64,000 nucleotides of DNA, from NCBI GenBank assembly GCA_050273025.1, contig CP158636.1:10106001-10170000 (forward strand), given 5' to 3'. Origin of the DNA: Cenococcum geophilum (Eukaryota). Within the stretch, counting starts at the first letter, position 1. Every line of letters begins with the position of its first letter. The position numbers were made by a program, and so were the translations under genes. The notes beneath the pieces are model-generated. The model was not told the origin of the DNA and did no database searches. It saw nothing but the letters and a program-made list of their open reading frames with translations. Shown here one piece after another: positions 11,990-25,366 of the stretch.

Positions 11990-13807
11990 ATGGACAAGTC
12001 ATCCTCTAGCAGGATATATACTCCCTTGAACTCTCACAAAAGAGAAATTCGCCTTGCCACCATCAAGCCAGGAACGCAATTAGAGCCGATTCGATGCAGC
12101 CTTAGCTATGTCTCCCTGGACGATACGCCCAAATACGAAGCGCTCTCCTATGTTTGGGGTGACCCAAGCATTCGTATATCTATTCTGCTTGATGAGCATC
12201 CATTCAGAGTCACTCAGAATCTAGGCCTCGCACTCAGGTTTTTACGACTACCCGCAGATGACAGGACGCTATGGATCGACGCGATTTGCGTCAACCAGGA
12301 TGACTTGGACGAGCGCAGTGCCCAAGTACTGCTGATGAAGAATATCTACCGAGACGCTCATCAGGTCGTAAGCTGGCTTGGCAATGAGGATGAAAATGCA
12401 GCTTATGCCGGTAGGTTTATCTCTGAAGCTATTGACCAGGATTTCTCCATAGAATGGTTGAAAACCCAACTCCTAGAGAACGGCGATATGCGCGAGGTCC
12501 TTCTCCGTCTGGGGTTGCATCTTTCCGAGGAAATGCAGAGCTACTGGGGCCGGTTGTGGATCACGCAAGAGATCGCCTTTGCCCAGGATGGTATTCTCCA
12601 ATGCGGAGATAGCATCATACCGTATTGGGCTGTGCAAAGGTTCATACAGATGCTCATTCCGAATCCTATGCACCATGACGAGTTCCGCCAAGAGGTCTTG
12701 TCGCAGAGTGGCACTCAGGGCGTAAACACGCTGAGCGTGGTACTCCATAAGATCAAGCTGAACGAGGTTTCGACAAAACTCGTTCCGGGCATGCCGCTAT
12801 TGGACCTGTTGTGGAAGAACCGCTGGAAGCTCGCATCCGACCCAAAAGACAAAGTCTTCGGACTTTTAGGGCTCTCTGATCTGTCTTCTAGTACTCACCC
12901 TGGACTGGAAATAGACTATAACCGGACGATGCGCGACGTATACATTGGGGTTTTGCAGGCCATCGTTGATATAACCTCAAAGCTTGACATTCTATGTTTC
13001 AGCGCCATCCAGTGGAGTCCCGAGGCAATCCTAGGCACCGGCCAGACCGTTCTGCCGTCCTGGGTGCCTGACTGGAGCACCTACGTCCCATCATTGGTTC
13101 CTTACAAGTGCAGTATATCTGATAATAATGCGGCGGGAGATACCCCAGCATCTGTAGGATTCCGCTCAGATAAGGGGATACTTTGCGCGGCAGGCTTTTG
13201 CATTGGCACGGTAAAGAAGTGTGGAGCGTCCATGACGGCCCGACAGCATTTGACAAACGATGAACACGAATTGTTCCATGCCGTACAAAGGGACGTTCTT
13301 GAGTGGCGAAAGCTTCTTCTGGAAATACCGGGTGATTCCTCAACCCTGGACTCAGATGTCCTGAATACTATTACGTTCGGGGCAGCAGAGTCAAACAGCG
13401 ACTTAGTGAAAGCTCTTCAACTGTTTGACACTAGCAGCGGCAGCACACATTTTCCGAGCGGACGCAGTAACCGCCCCGACGGTATGCGGACCATGGCTCG
13501 AGAGGGTGTGTTGTTGAACATTCAACGCTCTTGCGGGGACATGGTCTTTTTCCTGATCGAAACGAGTATTAGCGGCCCTCTCGTGACGGATGCAGCAATT
13601 CCGCTAATGGGAGCTGGCAGATCTGGGATAAGGGAGGGTGACATGATATGTGTCTTTCTAGGCTGCAGTTTTCCTGTTGTGATTCGGCCTAACGGCAACC
13701 ACTATATATTCATTGGAGCTGTCTACGTGGATAATCTGACCGACGGAGAGGCTATTGCTGATTTGGAGAATGGATTGTACGAACTGGACTCCTTCGAATT
13801 GCGTTAA
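11990..13807 (+). CDS. Heterokaryon incompatibility (HET) domain protein, HET-6-like
   Basis: 605-aa ORF with YEALSYVWG, LWIDAICVNQDD..ERSAQV, YWGRLWITQE, ASDPKDKVFGLLGL, LPSWVPDW, GDMICVFLGCSFPVVIRP. Confidence 0.92.
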   Translation: MDKSSSSRIYTPLNSHKREIRLATIKPGTQLEPIRCSLSYVSLDDTPKYEALSYVWGDPSIRISILLDEHPFRVTQNLGLALRFLRLPADDRTLWIDAICVNQDDLDERSAQVLLMKNIYRDAHQVVSWLGNEDENAAYAGRFISEAIDQDFSIEWLKTQLLENGDMREVLLRLGLHLSEEMQSYWGRLWITQEIAFAQDGILQCGDSIIPYWAVQRFIQMLIPNPMHHDEFRQEVLSQSGTQGVNTLSVVLHKIKLNEVSTKLVPGMPLLDLLWKNRWKLASDPKDKVFGLLGLSDLSSSTHPGLEIDYNRTMRDVYIGVLQAIVDITSKLDILCFSAIQWSPEAILGTGQTVLPSWVPDWSTYVPSLVPYKCSISDNNAAGDTPASVGFRSDKGILCAAGFCIGTVKKCGASMTARQHLTNDEHELFHAVQRDVLEWRKLLLEIPGDSSTLDSDVLNTITFGAAESNSDLVKALQLFDTSSGSTHFPSGRSNRPDGMRTMAREGVLLNIQRSCGDMVFFLIETSISGPLVTDAAIPLMGAGRSGIREGDMICVFLGCSFPVVIRPNGNHYIFIGAVYVDNLTDGEAIADLENGLYELDSFELR

Positions 13808-14909
13808 AACGCTGTGCAGGGTGCTACGTTGCTCCTAGAAAATGTCAAGGAACAATTCTTGTGAAGGCCTTCATAGTTCATGGCTCTTCATTCTGAAGGA
13901 AGTAGCCAATTAGCAAAGCTTCTGCTTCTACTACACCTATCCACTACACTCTAATGAGTGGGTATATGTGAGGTCCGGTCTTAAATGTCACAAGATGGGC
14001 GATTGCAGTATGTGCAGATGAAACCGAAGCGTCGCCAAGACGGCCGTTGCCTGTCGTGTTGGCTCAGCGGCTGGACACCTCCCCCGGGTCTTGGCCTGGC
14101 CCATGCGCTTTACTTCCTTGCCGCCCCCAGGCTCATTGACCAGTTACAAATAAGCATTCTAATCAACTCGCCTCTCGATTCAGCCATAGCCTAAGTCGCT
14201 TTGGTAATCTGTGTCCAGGTGCGCTACCTCTTTGAGTTTAGCGGGGCCCCGACACCCGTTTTCGGGTATCGCTCTCTCGCTTAGTCGACCGCTGCTTTTA
14301 ACGTCTATAAAATGCTTTATCACCTTTACTGCCCTCTCTACCAGCTCTTTCTCTCTTAAATTCCACTTCTGCCTTCATTATACCCCTACTGTAAGGCCCC
14401 ACCCTCGCTGCCCTGCGCCCACCCCTTAACGCTGACCTTCCAATCACGACTAATACTGAGATGCGCACCCTTTTAGCTGATTTCTAAATATTTAACTATT
14501 ATTTCTGCTTCTAGGGCCTATATACTACCATCGCATTAGATTTGGGGAGACTGATATTAAGTATCCTCTAAGCCTCTTTTCCTCTCCGCCTTGCTTTTTG
14601 TTTGTTCTCCTCTCTAGTACTCTTTTTATAGCTGTCTACGTTCTTAGCTGTAAGAGTATATATATTAGGTCCCGCCGCGCTTGCGACAAGTTCGCAAGCA
14701 CTCTCAGTCTTTTTGGCCATATGGCGACGTGGAGGCGGGCCACGTTACATTAGCCTTTGCTCCTAACATCTATATAGCCCTATTTCGCCCATTTTCTATC
14801 ATCTTAGTTCTAATAAATGATTATCTGCCCCGGAGTTAAAACACCAACTTAACCCTTATACGTTGTACCGGAAATTGCTTTAGCACTAGCACTTTATTAG
14901 GTCATTATT

Positions 14910-15460
14910 ATGGATAACTAAAGAACACGCCTTATTCTTACTGCTTTAAGAGTATAACTTAGGTGGCTATAGCTAGATTAAGAAGTTATAGAGCCTAAAC
15001 CGCAACTAGTTACTAAAATATAGCTGCCGCAGCAGTACGGTGTAAGTGGGGTAGAAGGAGGCAGTAAAGGGCGGCAGGAGGCTTAGAGGATGGGTAGACT
15101 TGGTTAAAGGACCACTATATTAACCTTATAACTGCAAAGGAAATGCCTTATTATATAAAGCTACTATAGTGGCAAAACGGGTCTATATACCCCTATTAAT
15201 GCTTAATATAGAGTGCTCGCCAAATAATTCTAGGTTAGTTGACTCCGTCTCTACTACGGAGTTTCTATCTTATACGAGAACGGGTAATATACTATAGTAA
15301 TTAAATACTATAAACCAAGGCCAATATACTAGGATCTAGGGTTTACTATTAACCCCCTAAATCTTAAGCATTAGCTTTAATCCGCTTTAGAAAGGCTAGA
15401 TTTAAACTTTATAAAAAATAGCTAAGGATATAAAGCCTTAATTTAACAGTAATGCTGTGG
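14910..15460 (+). pseudogene. RIP-inactivated orphan gene, first exon
   Basis: ATG GAT AAC TAA AGA...: MDN*RTRLILTALRV*LRWL*LD*EVIEPKPQLVTKI*LPQQYG... stays in frame to a GTAAGT donor near 15460. Confidence 0.45.
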
Positions 15461-18257
15461 TAAGTTGTCTATCTAGGAGCTATATTATACTGTATAAGGG
15501 GCACCTAAAGCATCTACTTTTAAATTAGCGAGAAAGTAAGTAGTAATATGGCCGAAAGGGGCGGAGTAAGCTGACTTAACACTACTAATAAATACTAATG
15601 CTGCCTCTGCTTCCGGGAGTTATGGATAAAGTATTACTAATATAGGCCCTAATATAGCAAGGCGCAGACAGTAATAGTTATACCCCTTTATATATTTGCT
15701 AGCTAAAAGAAGCGGTATTCTACAAAAAAACTTAAAGGATTTAGTAGGGGGAATAATACGCAAATCTTAGATAACTTTATAAGTGGTTCCTCTAGCTAGG
15801 GGCTAACTTACTAGGCCGATTCTAGTATTAGAGGTACTACTAATTTTAAGGGGATGGGCGTAATATTTATACACTATAATGTCTTCGCTAGAAGCTACCT
15901 AAGCTAAGCTACTACTTTAGTAAGGTTAGAGGCAAGCTAAGGATTAACCTATGCTAAAAGCACGCCTATAAAGAATACACTCTCTTACTTATTTCTGGAT
16001 TATCTCACTTAAAAAGACTACTTACCCATTCTACGTCTTTTCGTCCTAAATTTTAACCTATAAATAAATTCCCAGACTTTCTATAATCCTGTAAGATTAA
16101 CTACCTAATTACCTAAAGCCAGACTAGTTTCTCAATCGCCCTACTTTAAAGGGTTTGCCTTAAAACCTAGCGGGCAAAGCTGGAAACCTACTAAGGGAAA
16201 CAACTATTCTATACTAATTGTGGATTTTATAGGTCCTATCCCGGAAAAAAAAGTTATAGAGCGCTAGAAAGCTAGAGATGGCTTAACTAGGACCTAAGGT
16301 AGATGTATACGCAGCTAAGTTATAGTAACAGCATCTAATACTACGTAGGAAAATCATCTATTATAAATAATAATCCTATTAGGAAAACTAGTGTTGGTGG
16401 CCATAATGACGATTATAACAACAACAATAATAATAACTTTCTTTTAAAGGTAGAAGACCTTATTTCTGGGAAACATTAGAGAAGCGTATTAATAGCTAGT
16501 CCTAGCCCTAGGTGTATAGCCGCTAAGTAGCCGGCCGGCAATAGGGGCTAGGAGAATAGTATTCTCTATAATAGGTATAAATCTAGATCTAGGTCTAGAG
16601 CTAAAGCTAGAGTTAAGACTAGAGTATTAGTTAATAGTAAAGGTAAACATATTACATTTAAAATTTCTTTATAATTAGTTTAAGAAAATTGCTTACACTA
16701 TACTATAGATAAACTAGCTACACTAAATACTAGAAAACTATATAGTGGTATACCCTACTACGGCACTTAAAGCCTTAAGCCTATTACCGTTGGCGACTAA
16801 ACCGACTTTACTTCTATTTCTAGTATTCTAAGTAATATTATAGTTAGTTACCTAGGTGTTAACCTAAAGAGCACTAACAGTATTAACAGTAGTTAGAGCC
16901 CTAATGACTAAACCTATAATACTAGTAAAAGTACTAATAAGCTAGACTAAAAGGCATCGGCGCCTAAAAGCCGCTATTATAAGCAGAGACAACGCAGTCC
17001 AGATTCTTTAAATAACGCTAACTCTATCTATAGCGGTCCGCTTAGCAGCCTAATTGGGGAATCAGCTTATAATAAGGCTTTAGCTAAGGTAGTAGCCCGT
17101 AACCTTTTTGCCTACAACCGTACTAACAGAGTACCCTATAATTAACTTGGTTTTAAAAAGGTAGACAAGCGGCTAGAGAAGCTAGTTGGAATCATTTTAG
17201 CCTTAGAATACTCTCTAACCCCCTTTAAAAATTTTAATTAAGGTAACCTTAAGAGAATTATAAATAATATAGGTGCCTAGGGTAAGGTATTAGTCCCTAA
17301 TCGCTCCAAAATAATATAGAGAAGCGGCTCTAGCCCTAATAACGCTAGTAACTATATAAGTAATTAGAACGCTAATACTCTTTAGAAGTAAGGGAGTAAG
17401 TTATAAAATAGACTAGACTATACCCATATAACTAAAATCGGACGTTCTAATTCCCGCGATAAACTTATTGGAGAAAAACTATAGGACAAATCTATAGTAA
17501 TAGTTAACGATTTTTACGCACTAAGTCCGACTAAGGTAGATACTAATAACGTTTATAGCAAATACCTTTGTAGTAAAAAAGTCAACTCTAGATAAGATAG
17601 TAACTAGCATTTAGAGCATTCTTAAAGACCTTATTAAGGTATACCAAAATAGTCCTAAAACTATCCTAGCCTATCTAATATATTTCCTTAGAAAATGCTA
17701 TTAATAAGTATAGTCCAGCTAAGAAAGTTAATAGATTAAACCCTATCTACCAACTATTACTAAAATAGCAAAGTTAATACGCTCCACTTTAAACCGAGGC
17801 TCTACTATCTAGTATTAGTACTCTACCTCGGAATACTCCTACTCAAAAATGGTTTACCTCGTCCATTAATTCCTCTGCGCCCCCTTAAAATAATTAATCC
17901 GCCAAGTGACGTAAAATCTTAAGGGCGAAAAGAGTAAAGGCTAAAAAGGTAAAGAAAATAGGGTAATTACCGTTATTAGATCCTTATAAAAAGAAAATGC
18001 CTCTTTATATATATCTACCTAATAAAATAAATATAGGTTATATAGTTAAACATATTAAAGCTGTTTATCTTACAGATAACAGGTTTATACTATCCACTAT
18101 AAAATAAAAGTCGTTAGAGGTACTAACGGATAGTCTAGTAAGAGAAGAGCATTATAGCCAGTTTAAGGTTTTATTTAAAATAAAGTTTAGAGAAAAGGAG
18201 TAGGACCTGTAACAGAAGAAGCGGCTTTAAAAGATAGTAAGATATCCACATAATAGA

Positions 18258-18470
18258 GAGGATAACGATTACATAGTTAAGTATATTAAGGCTCTTTACG
18301 TTATAGAGGATAGATCTATACAATACACTGTTAAATAAGCGTTATTAGTGGTAGCGGAGGATAATCTTAGAGAAGATCTACTTAAATAAGCTAAGAAACT
18401 ATTTAGGGAGAAATATAGAGGGGAGAAGTAGGAGTAGCAGCTTCGGAAGAAGCAGGAAGCTACTAACTAA
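18258..18470 (+). pseudogene. Relic chromodomain-like segment
   Basis: EDNDYIVKYIKALYVIEDRSIQYTVK*ALLVVAEDNLREDLLK*AKKLFREKY; reversing G>A/C>T gives Y-V-E-x-I...QY-x-V-x-W, the chromo pattern. Confidence 0.5.
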
Positions 18471-18659
18471 AACACTAAAGTAAAGGTCAGAAGATTTAGA
18501 GAAGGTAACTAGGTATTTTTACTAACTATAATAGTTTTATTATTCCTTATCTAGCGTTGGCATTAAAGAAAGAATAACATTTTTAGTATTTTATATTTGG
18601 TAACTTAACTAACTGCTTTTAGCTTAGGTATAAAATATACTTTTAGTACTTAGATAAAC

Positions 18660-20110
18660 TAGCGAGGTAGATAAGATCTAGTAATTACTTCTACTAATAG
18701 GTTATCCCTTAAGAAGGTAACCCCCTTACTAAAATCACCCCCCACAAACCTACTTTATTAAGCGCCGTAAATCTCACTATAAAAAGGCTAAAGCTAATCC
18801 TTCGGCATCCCGGCTTATCTCCTATAGCGGCTCGCACGGATAGCTTTATATCCTACCTTTCGCTTATCCCATTCTAACTTTTAAGCACCTAGTTATTGAA
18901 GAAAGTCCACTACAGGGAAACGAATATACATTGCATAGCTAGATTAGTACGAATATCCTATCTATCAGCATATAATTCTCAATGGCTTTAAGGACTCCTT
19001 TATACCGCTTATCCTTTATATAACTAATAAACGTAAAACTACATCTTAGTGACCACCTATTTCTTTCGGCCTTATCCAACGCATGCGTAATAACCGCCCC
19101 TAGCGATGGATACTGGACTATCCTTATCTCCTCTTTACCCTTATTTATTCTAGTCTATACTATACATACAAAAGAACGCTAGCGCCTTAGAGAATTATTA
19201 TAAGATCTATCTACTACTCCGTTAAGCGTAAATACCGGCTTATCTTTATCTTTAGAAATTCCTGTCGGTATCTACTCGCTAGTAGGGCTATAGGTTATAT
19301 AGATTATCTTAATATACTTTAGGAGTTTAGGATCGTCCAATAACTGGTGGATAATCTTTATACCGCAACGTCTATATCCCAATACCGCTTTAAGCCTAAA
19401 CGTTTAACAATTATTAAAATAAAGTTTTGCCGTTCTACAAAACGTGGTAACAAAATTCTTATAACGGTTAGTTTTCTTCTATAAAAATATAAACTAGTTA
19501 CTTATATAAACTTTTAAATACTTAATAATATTATCCCTAGCTGTTGCTCCTATAGCCAAACCGAAAACGGTCGGCTAAAGGGTATAACCCCCAACTAGTA
19601 TTACTGGCGATAATTATATAGGGGTTAAAAATGCGCTTAGTTCCCCCTTAAAGTAGTCTTAAGCAAGTCTATCCTCCACTCTAAAGTATATAAAGGGGGT
19701 ATTATTATTATCAGGGTAGGTTGGGTCCTCAGTAGCATTCGTAAAAGAGGGAAAGGGATAGCTTAGCGCGCTAACACTAAAAGGAGTCACCGTCGCTCTA
19801 ATACCGCTGGGAGAGTTAAGCTCAGAAGGTATTAATTTCTCATTAATATCTACTAGAGGGTGAGAAAGATGGGGCTAAATACTTATCGTCATATCGTTAA
19901 CACTAGAGTTAGTAGTAATTACTATCTCCCCAATGCTATTAAGCTTAGTAGGTATTAGTTCCTCGTTAATATCTACTAAAGGGGGAGGAGAAAGATAAAG
20001 CTAGATATCGCTTATTATATTACTAACGTAAGAGTTAGTAGTGCTCTTACTAGCCTTATCTAATAATAAGTCTCTAGTGCGTATAATTTACCTTTAGTTA
20101 CTTATAGAGC
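18660..20110 (-). pseudogene. RIP-inactivated orphan gene with an internal ~123-bp coding repeat
   Basis: Continuous frame ...PFIYFRVEDRLA*DYFKGELSAFLTP...LGYRRCGIKIIHQLLDDPKLLKY... to a GTATGT donor near 19170. Two repeat copies start at ~19816 and ~19939. Confidence 0.45.
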
Positions 20111-23100
20111 TAGTAGCCTAGTAGTTTGGAGTTGCTATAAGAAGTTATTAATGGATTTTCGTTACCGGTTATAGAAGGAAAGTATTTATAGAAAATAGAA
20201 ATGGAGTATACCGAGTAAGTATTTATATAAGGGAAGTATAGCGGAGCTACTAGCACTAAGCGGCTTCCTATATATAGGGCTGCCTAAATCCTCTATAAGC
20301 TAAAGCGCGTGGCGTATATGCCTATAGTTAAATTGAAATATAGTAATAACTTAGAAATACTGCAGAAGTTCGTATATAAGGTTTATTATTAGTTGCACTT
20401 ATACCTAAATACCTTATTATACCCTAATGGAACGGCTTAGCGTTTAAATATAAGAAGTAAATAGTAAGGCCTACTCCTATAGTTCTTAGAGCTTAAAGAA
20501 TTGCGCTAAGACGGTCGGCCTATATAGGATATTCTATTCTCAATTTTATGGTAAAAACTCAGCGACTAAAAGAGCAAAAGTCCTATATTTTTGGGTACTG
20601 CTTATATAGGTAGCAGCATTATACGGCACAAATTTGCATAAGGCATAGCTACGTTAATTAGGGCATAATACGCTGCTAATTTCATAAGGCGAGACAGGCA
20701 CTACTTACATTAGGCTTTAATTTAAGCGCCTATCTTTAATAATCCATATAGCTATACACCTACACGCACCACCCGCTACTTATTTTTGTATATTGTCTTA
20801 TATAGGATTCTACGGGAGCTTCTAAATAGGTTTATTAGTTAATTCCCCTTAGGATTCCTTATCCCTTAGAACTAAAACATAACTTAGTAAAAACGTGCTA
20901 GTTATAATATTTATATTAAAACTAACCAGTAGCACTTCTAATAGCTTTTAGTATACGCCAGCTTATAGCCTTTTAGTTTACTTTATTTAACCTATCATTT
21001 CTTAGCTTTTCGTTTACGCGTTCTAGAATTTTTTCCCTTTTAAGTAAATTCACATCATTCTAGCCGCGCCGTGATATAATAATATTTCTAGCTTCCTTAT
21101 TCATAAATTTCTGCTAATCCTTATTAAAAAAAGGCGCCTTAGCCTAGGCCTATATACTTGCCAGAAAACGCTACTACTACTCTAAATTATACTAAACTAC
21201 ATCCTATACCTACTTTGCAGTAGCATTAGCCCTAATATCCATTATACGTAGTGGCGTTTAGAAATAGGTATTGGTGAAATTACTAGGTCCTAATATATTA
21301 TAGCAAAGTAGGGTTTCGCGAACAAAGAATTTTAAGTTATTTAAGTGTCTTAGCTAACGCCACCAGTATCACCCCTACTAGTTTAGTTTTATAAGACTAG
21401 TCCTCCCGCCTTCCCTAGGGTCGCACTAACTATTTAGCTAAACACCGCCAGTTCTGGCAGCCGCGCTAAACGCAGCCCACCTAGCACTTCTACTATGTTA
21501 TGGAATATGCAGAAGAACTATATAAGGTTACGATTTAGGCAGCCCCTAGCTAATACGTTAGATCTTTCTTATACTAATAGTCCTAGGGTTACTACGAGGA
21601 GTTAAAGCGCTAGAAGTTGCTTACTATATTATAGAAGTAAAAGAAGCCAGGGCTCTTAGGTGCAATAGCTAAGTTAATAATAATAGTTACATTTTCCCTA
21701 GTTATTAGAGGGGCAATTTATTTCGTAGATTGCAAAACCTCCCTAACGCTCTATATAAGCCAGAAAAATAATTTTCTTATAGAGTAAAAGATTACCTTTA
21801 TACTATTTTCCAATGCCAAAAATAGAACTCTTAATGTTGTATAATTATAAAAATGGCCAATGTGAGGCCTATATAACTATATTATATATCAGTAAACTAA
21901 TAGCTAAAATTAGGGGGGGGGAGGCTTTGTACGTTAAAATTGACCTTACGGCCTTAATTTCCGTCTTAGTGGTTTGCGCTACTATCCTAATCATGCCTAT
22001 ATACTAGAAACCTAATAGCTAAATAGAAAATGCGTATTTAGGGCGATCCTGTTAAAGCTATAATCGCAAATACTAACTAAGAGCAATACTAACGCAATAA
22101 AGCCAGACGCGCTAGACCTCAGAATCTTCGGCTAACTCCTTAAAGAGGTATATTACCTAGAAGAAAATAATAAATAAGTAGAGAAAGGCACTATATAACA
22201 CTATTTCAATAATAGAAGGGTTTAGATACTGTAAAAACCAAGCAGTTATAACAAGGGCAAGAGCAGGGTAGGTAAATCTACTAAAGGGAGCTATAATCTC
22301 AAATATCTAAGAAAATAGAAAAGAATGAAGATAAAAGTGGGAGCAGGCTAGCTTATAACAATATTATTCCTAAGAAATAAGGCGGGCTATGCAAATGCTA
22401 TATTATTACCGCTAAATAACTTAACTAAGCGGCTTTCTAATAAGTTGTTGCCTAAACCTTAGGCGACGAATAACTAAAGAAGGCACTTAGGGCGTATAGG
22501 GGTCAGTTACCTTCTCCATTCTATTACTAGATTAAGTATTTAATACCGTCTATAATTTTAGGTAATACTAAATAAAAAAAGAGAAGAGTATAAATCTTTT
22601 ATTTTAGCTGGTAACTTACAAGTTTTCTACATTATTATACCCTACATTAATCTTTATCTCCTAGCTATACGCTTATAATGCGGCGCTATGGTTTATAAGC
22701 ACTAAAACTATATAGATACTCTACCGGACCTTCTATTAACTTAGTCTTAATATTAAACCTAAAGTGCCTTAAAATAAGTTGGCTTACTAGTATAGCTAAT
22801 ACCCATATCCTCTTTCCCTCTTTATCCTACTTTTTTACTGCCATTTTAATAAGTATTCTACCTAGGGCAGACTTCTAATAAGACTTATATATAGCAAGAG
22901 TAGAGATTTTTATCTAGCAATCTTAGGAGTACCTAGCGTAAAATTAGCTACGCCCCTAAGCCTATAACCTAAGACCTATACTAATACCCCTTAGCGTAAG
23001 TTTTTTCCTTATAAAACTCAATATTATTTAGGTTTTTATCTTAATATAGATTTTCGATACCCTCTAAAAGGCTATTAAGAATACCTTCGTTTTATTAGCT

Positions 23101-25196
23101 TGCAAACTTATACTAAATAAATAGTAGTACTGTACAAATGCCCTCCTTAGGCGGTGGCTAGGGTTCTAGGCCACTTATAACAAGGACGCCAGAAATCACA
23201 ATTTCGCCAATTAACACCGTTAAATCTTGCCTAGCCTATAGCGACTTAACCACCTCAGCTTCGTTTTCATTGTATAGGCTTTCTACACTATAAACCCTTA
23301 AGGTAGAACTAAGAAGCGCATTAATAAGATCAACTGCGTAAAAGTCGTATATATCTATTAGGAATTCTTTAAAATATAGTCTCCAAATCTTAAAAGATAG
23401 GGAGGTTTTAAAAGCTGAAATAATAACATAGGTTGCTCGAAATACATCTATATGTGTAAGCGGTCGAATTTAGCAAGTAGCTATCGCAAAAGAGAGTAAA
23501 GGAAAGTAAAATTAGTAGTAAAAGGAGGAGCACCCTTAAAAGATATACGAAGAAGTTACAATATTAATTAGATAAGAGCTATTGGGACCATTACAGATAT
23601 AGTAGCTATAGCCCCTACTCCAACTAACGGAATTAGGTTCTTTAGTATTACCATTCTATCCTTCCTTCAGATAGAATTTGGTAAAGGATTCCATATAGTA
23701 GGCATAGCTAAAAATTATCGCCGTACGCATTATACTAATTCATCGTTATATATTTTATGTCTGCTTAGTATTACCTAATACTTAACCTCTAGGAATATAT
23801 GTATGTGAGCCTAACGCTGCCGAATACTATTAAATGCAAAGATAAGGTGCTAAGGCAAAAGATTTAGTTTCCTAAGCTAGATACAAATAACTACTATTAA
23901 GGGTCTATAATAGATAGACGCGGCCTCCACTTTAAAATATTCTTTACGCCTTTCTCTTTAATATAGTTCTCTAAACCTTAGAGATTCCCCTAAATTATAG
24001 TCTATAATTTAATTAAAATAGATACTATATAAGAGATATTAAACGTACTTAAAACGTATATACGTTAGAATAGTTACACATTATTTTAAGAAAAGTAGGT
24101 AAATAGATAACATCCTATACTTATTACTCTCTAGTTTTTCTATAAAGAGTACTAAGGAACTCCCGTTAAGACTTAGAGAAGGAATAAATTAAGAAGTAAA
24201 AGAGTTTATCCACAGTCCTCTTATCTAGATGGATGTAGAGAATTTCACTTAATATTAAATCATTAGGTGTTTAAGCGACTTATTAGTATTTTAGGCAGTT
24301 AGGATTTCCTAAACCCGCACCTACTATTTATTAGTCTTTTAGGCCTATAGTAATTTGATACCCTAATAGGCCGGTACTAGAATATAACTTTAGAGGTTCC
24401 GTTTACTAGCCTTATATACCCTTAAGTTAGTAAATACCGGAACGCGAAGAAGTTTTAAACTTAGTGGTTAATCCAGAATAGCTTTCCAATATAATCGAAG
24501 ACGCCTTTTCTAAATTAATATCGGTATATAATAAGGCACTTACTCCTAGGCCAAGGTTAATAGTTAATACACTATAGCCCAAATCTTAATCCTAGCTACT
24601 AGTAGTAGTTATAAGAGGCTGCCAAATATACTAATCTAAGACTAGTAGGGTCTAGCGAATTGCGGCTTAAAAGAGCAAGCTAATTGTTAAAGAAGTAGCA
24701 TCTATATTAAAGAATAAAGTGGCTATAAATGGCTAGCAGAAACAAAACAGACTAGGGAATAGTTTAAAAGGAGCGGTAAAAATAGTAAAGTTAAGGAAGT
24801 AACGAATAAAAGCTATAAAAGAAGGTAATAAGGCAACTAGTAAAGTAAATAATAAAGGCAACTATATATCCCCAGTAATAGGGCGAAATTAGCTTTATAT
24901 ATCACTTATCTCTATCTTATACCCTTAAGATTTAAAGCATTCTTAGGTTTATTAAGGCGTTTTAGCTTTTAATTTTTGCGGGACGCATTATTATATTATT
25001 AAAAAGAAATTAACGGGAGCTTCTAGACTTTATAGTAGTAGGTAAGCTATGTCTAATTAACTAGGGAAATAGCTGCAAATCCTTACTTTAATTAGCTATT
25101 TAGTTTTCCATTATAGATCTTTAGAGGAGCACGAGTTATAGTAGTAGAGTTTAGCATAGTGTGGCGTCTTGGGGATAATAAGGCGAGGGGCCAATA

Positions 25197-25366
25197 TACG
25201 CCAAGTTAAAATTATAGGGGTATTATTGTTGCGATCGCAACAATAATCCCCTATAACGTTTCCTACTTCCCTTACTCTTATATACCAAGTTAAAATTATA
25301 GGGGTATTATTATTGCGATTGCAATAATAATCCCCTATAACGTTTTCTACTTCCCTTACTCTTATA
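25197..25366. repeat. Two tandem 84-bp units, each containing a ~45-bp near-perfect palindrome
   Basis: CCAAGTTAAAA at 25201 and 25285; TTATAGGGG-T-ATTATTGTTGCGA|TCGCAACAATAAT-CCCCTATAA at 25212-25256 and a transition variant at 25296-25340. Confidence 0.95.

Noticed and set aside
25197..25366. CRISPR-like repeat
   Set aside because: Only two units, the whole unit is repeated with no unique spacer, the context is eukaryotic, and no cas genes are present.
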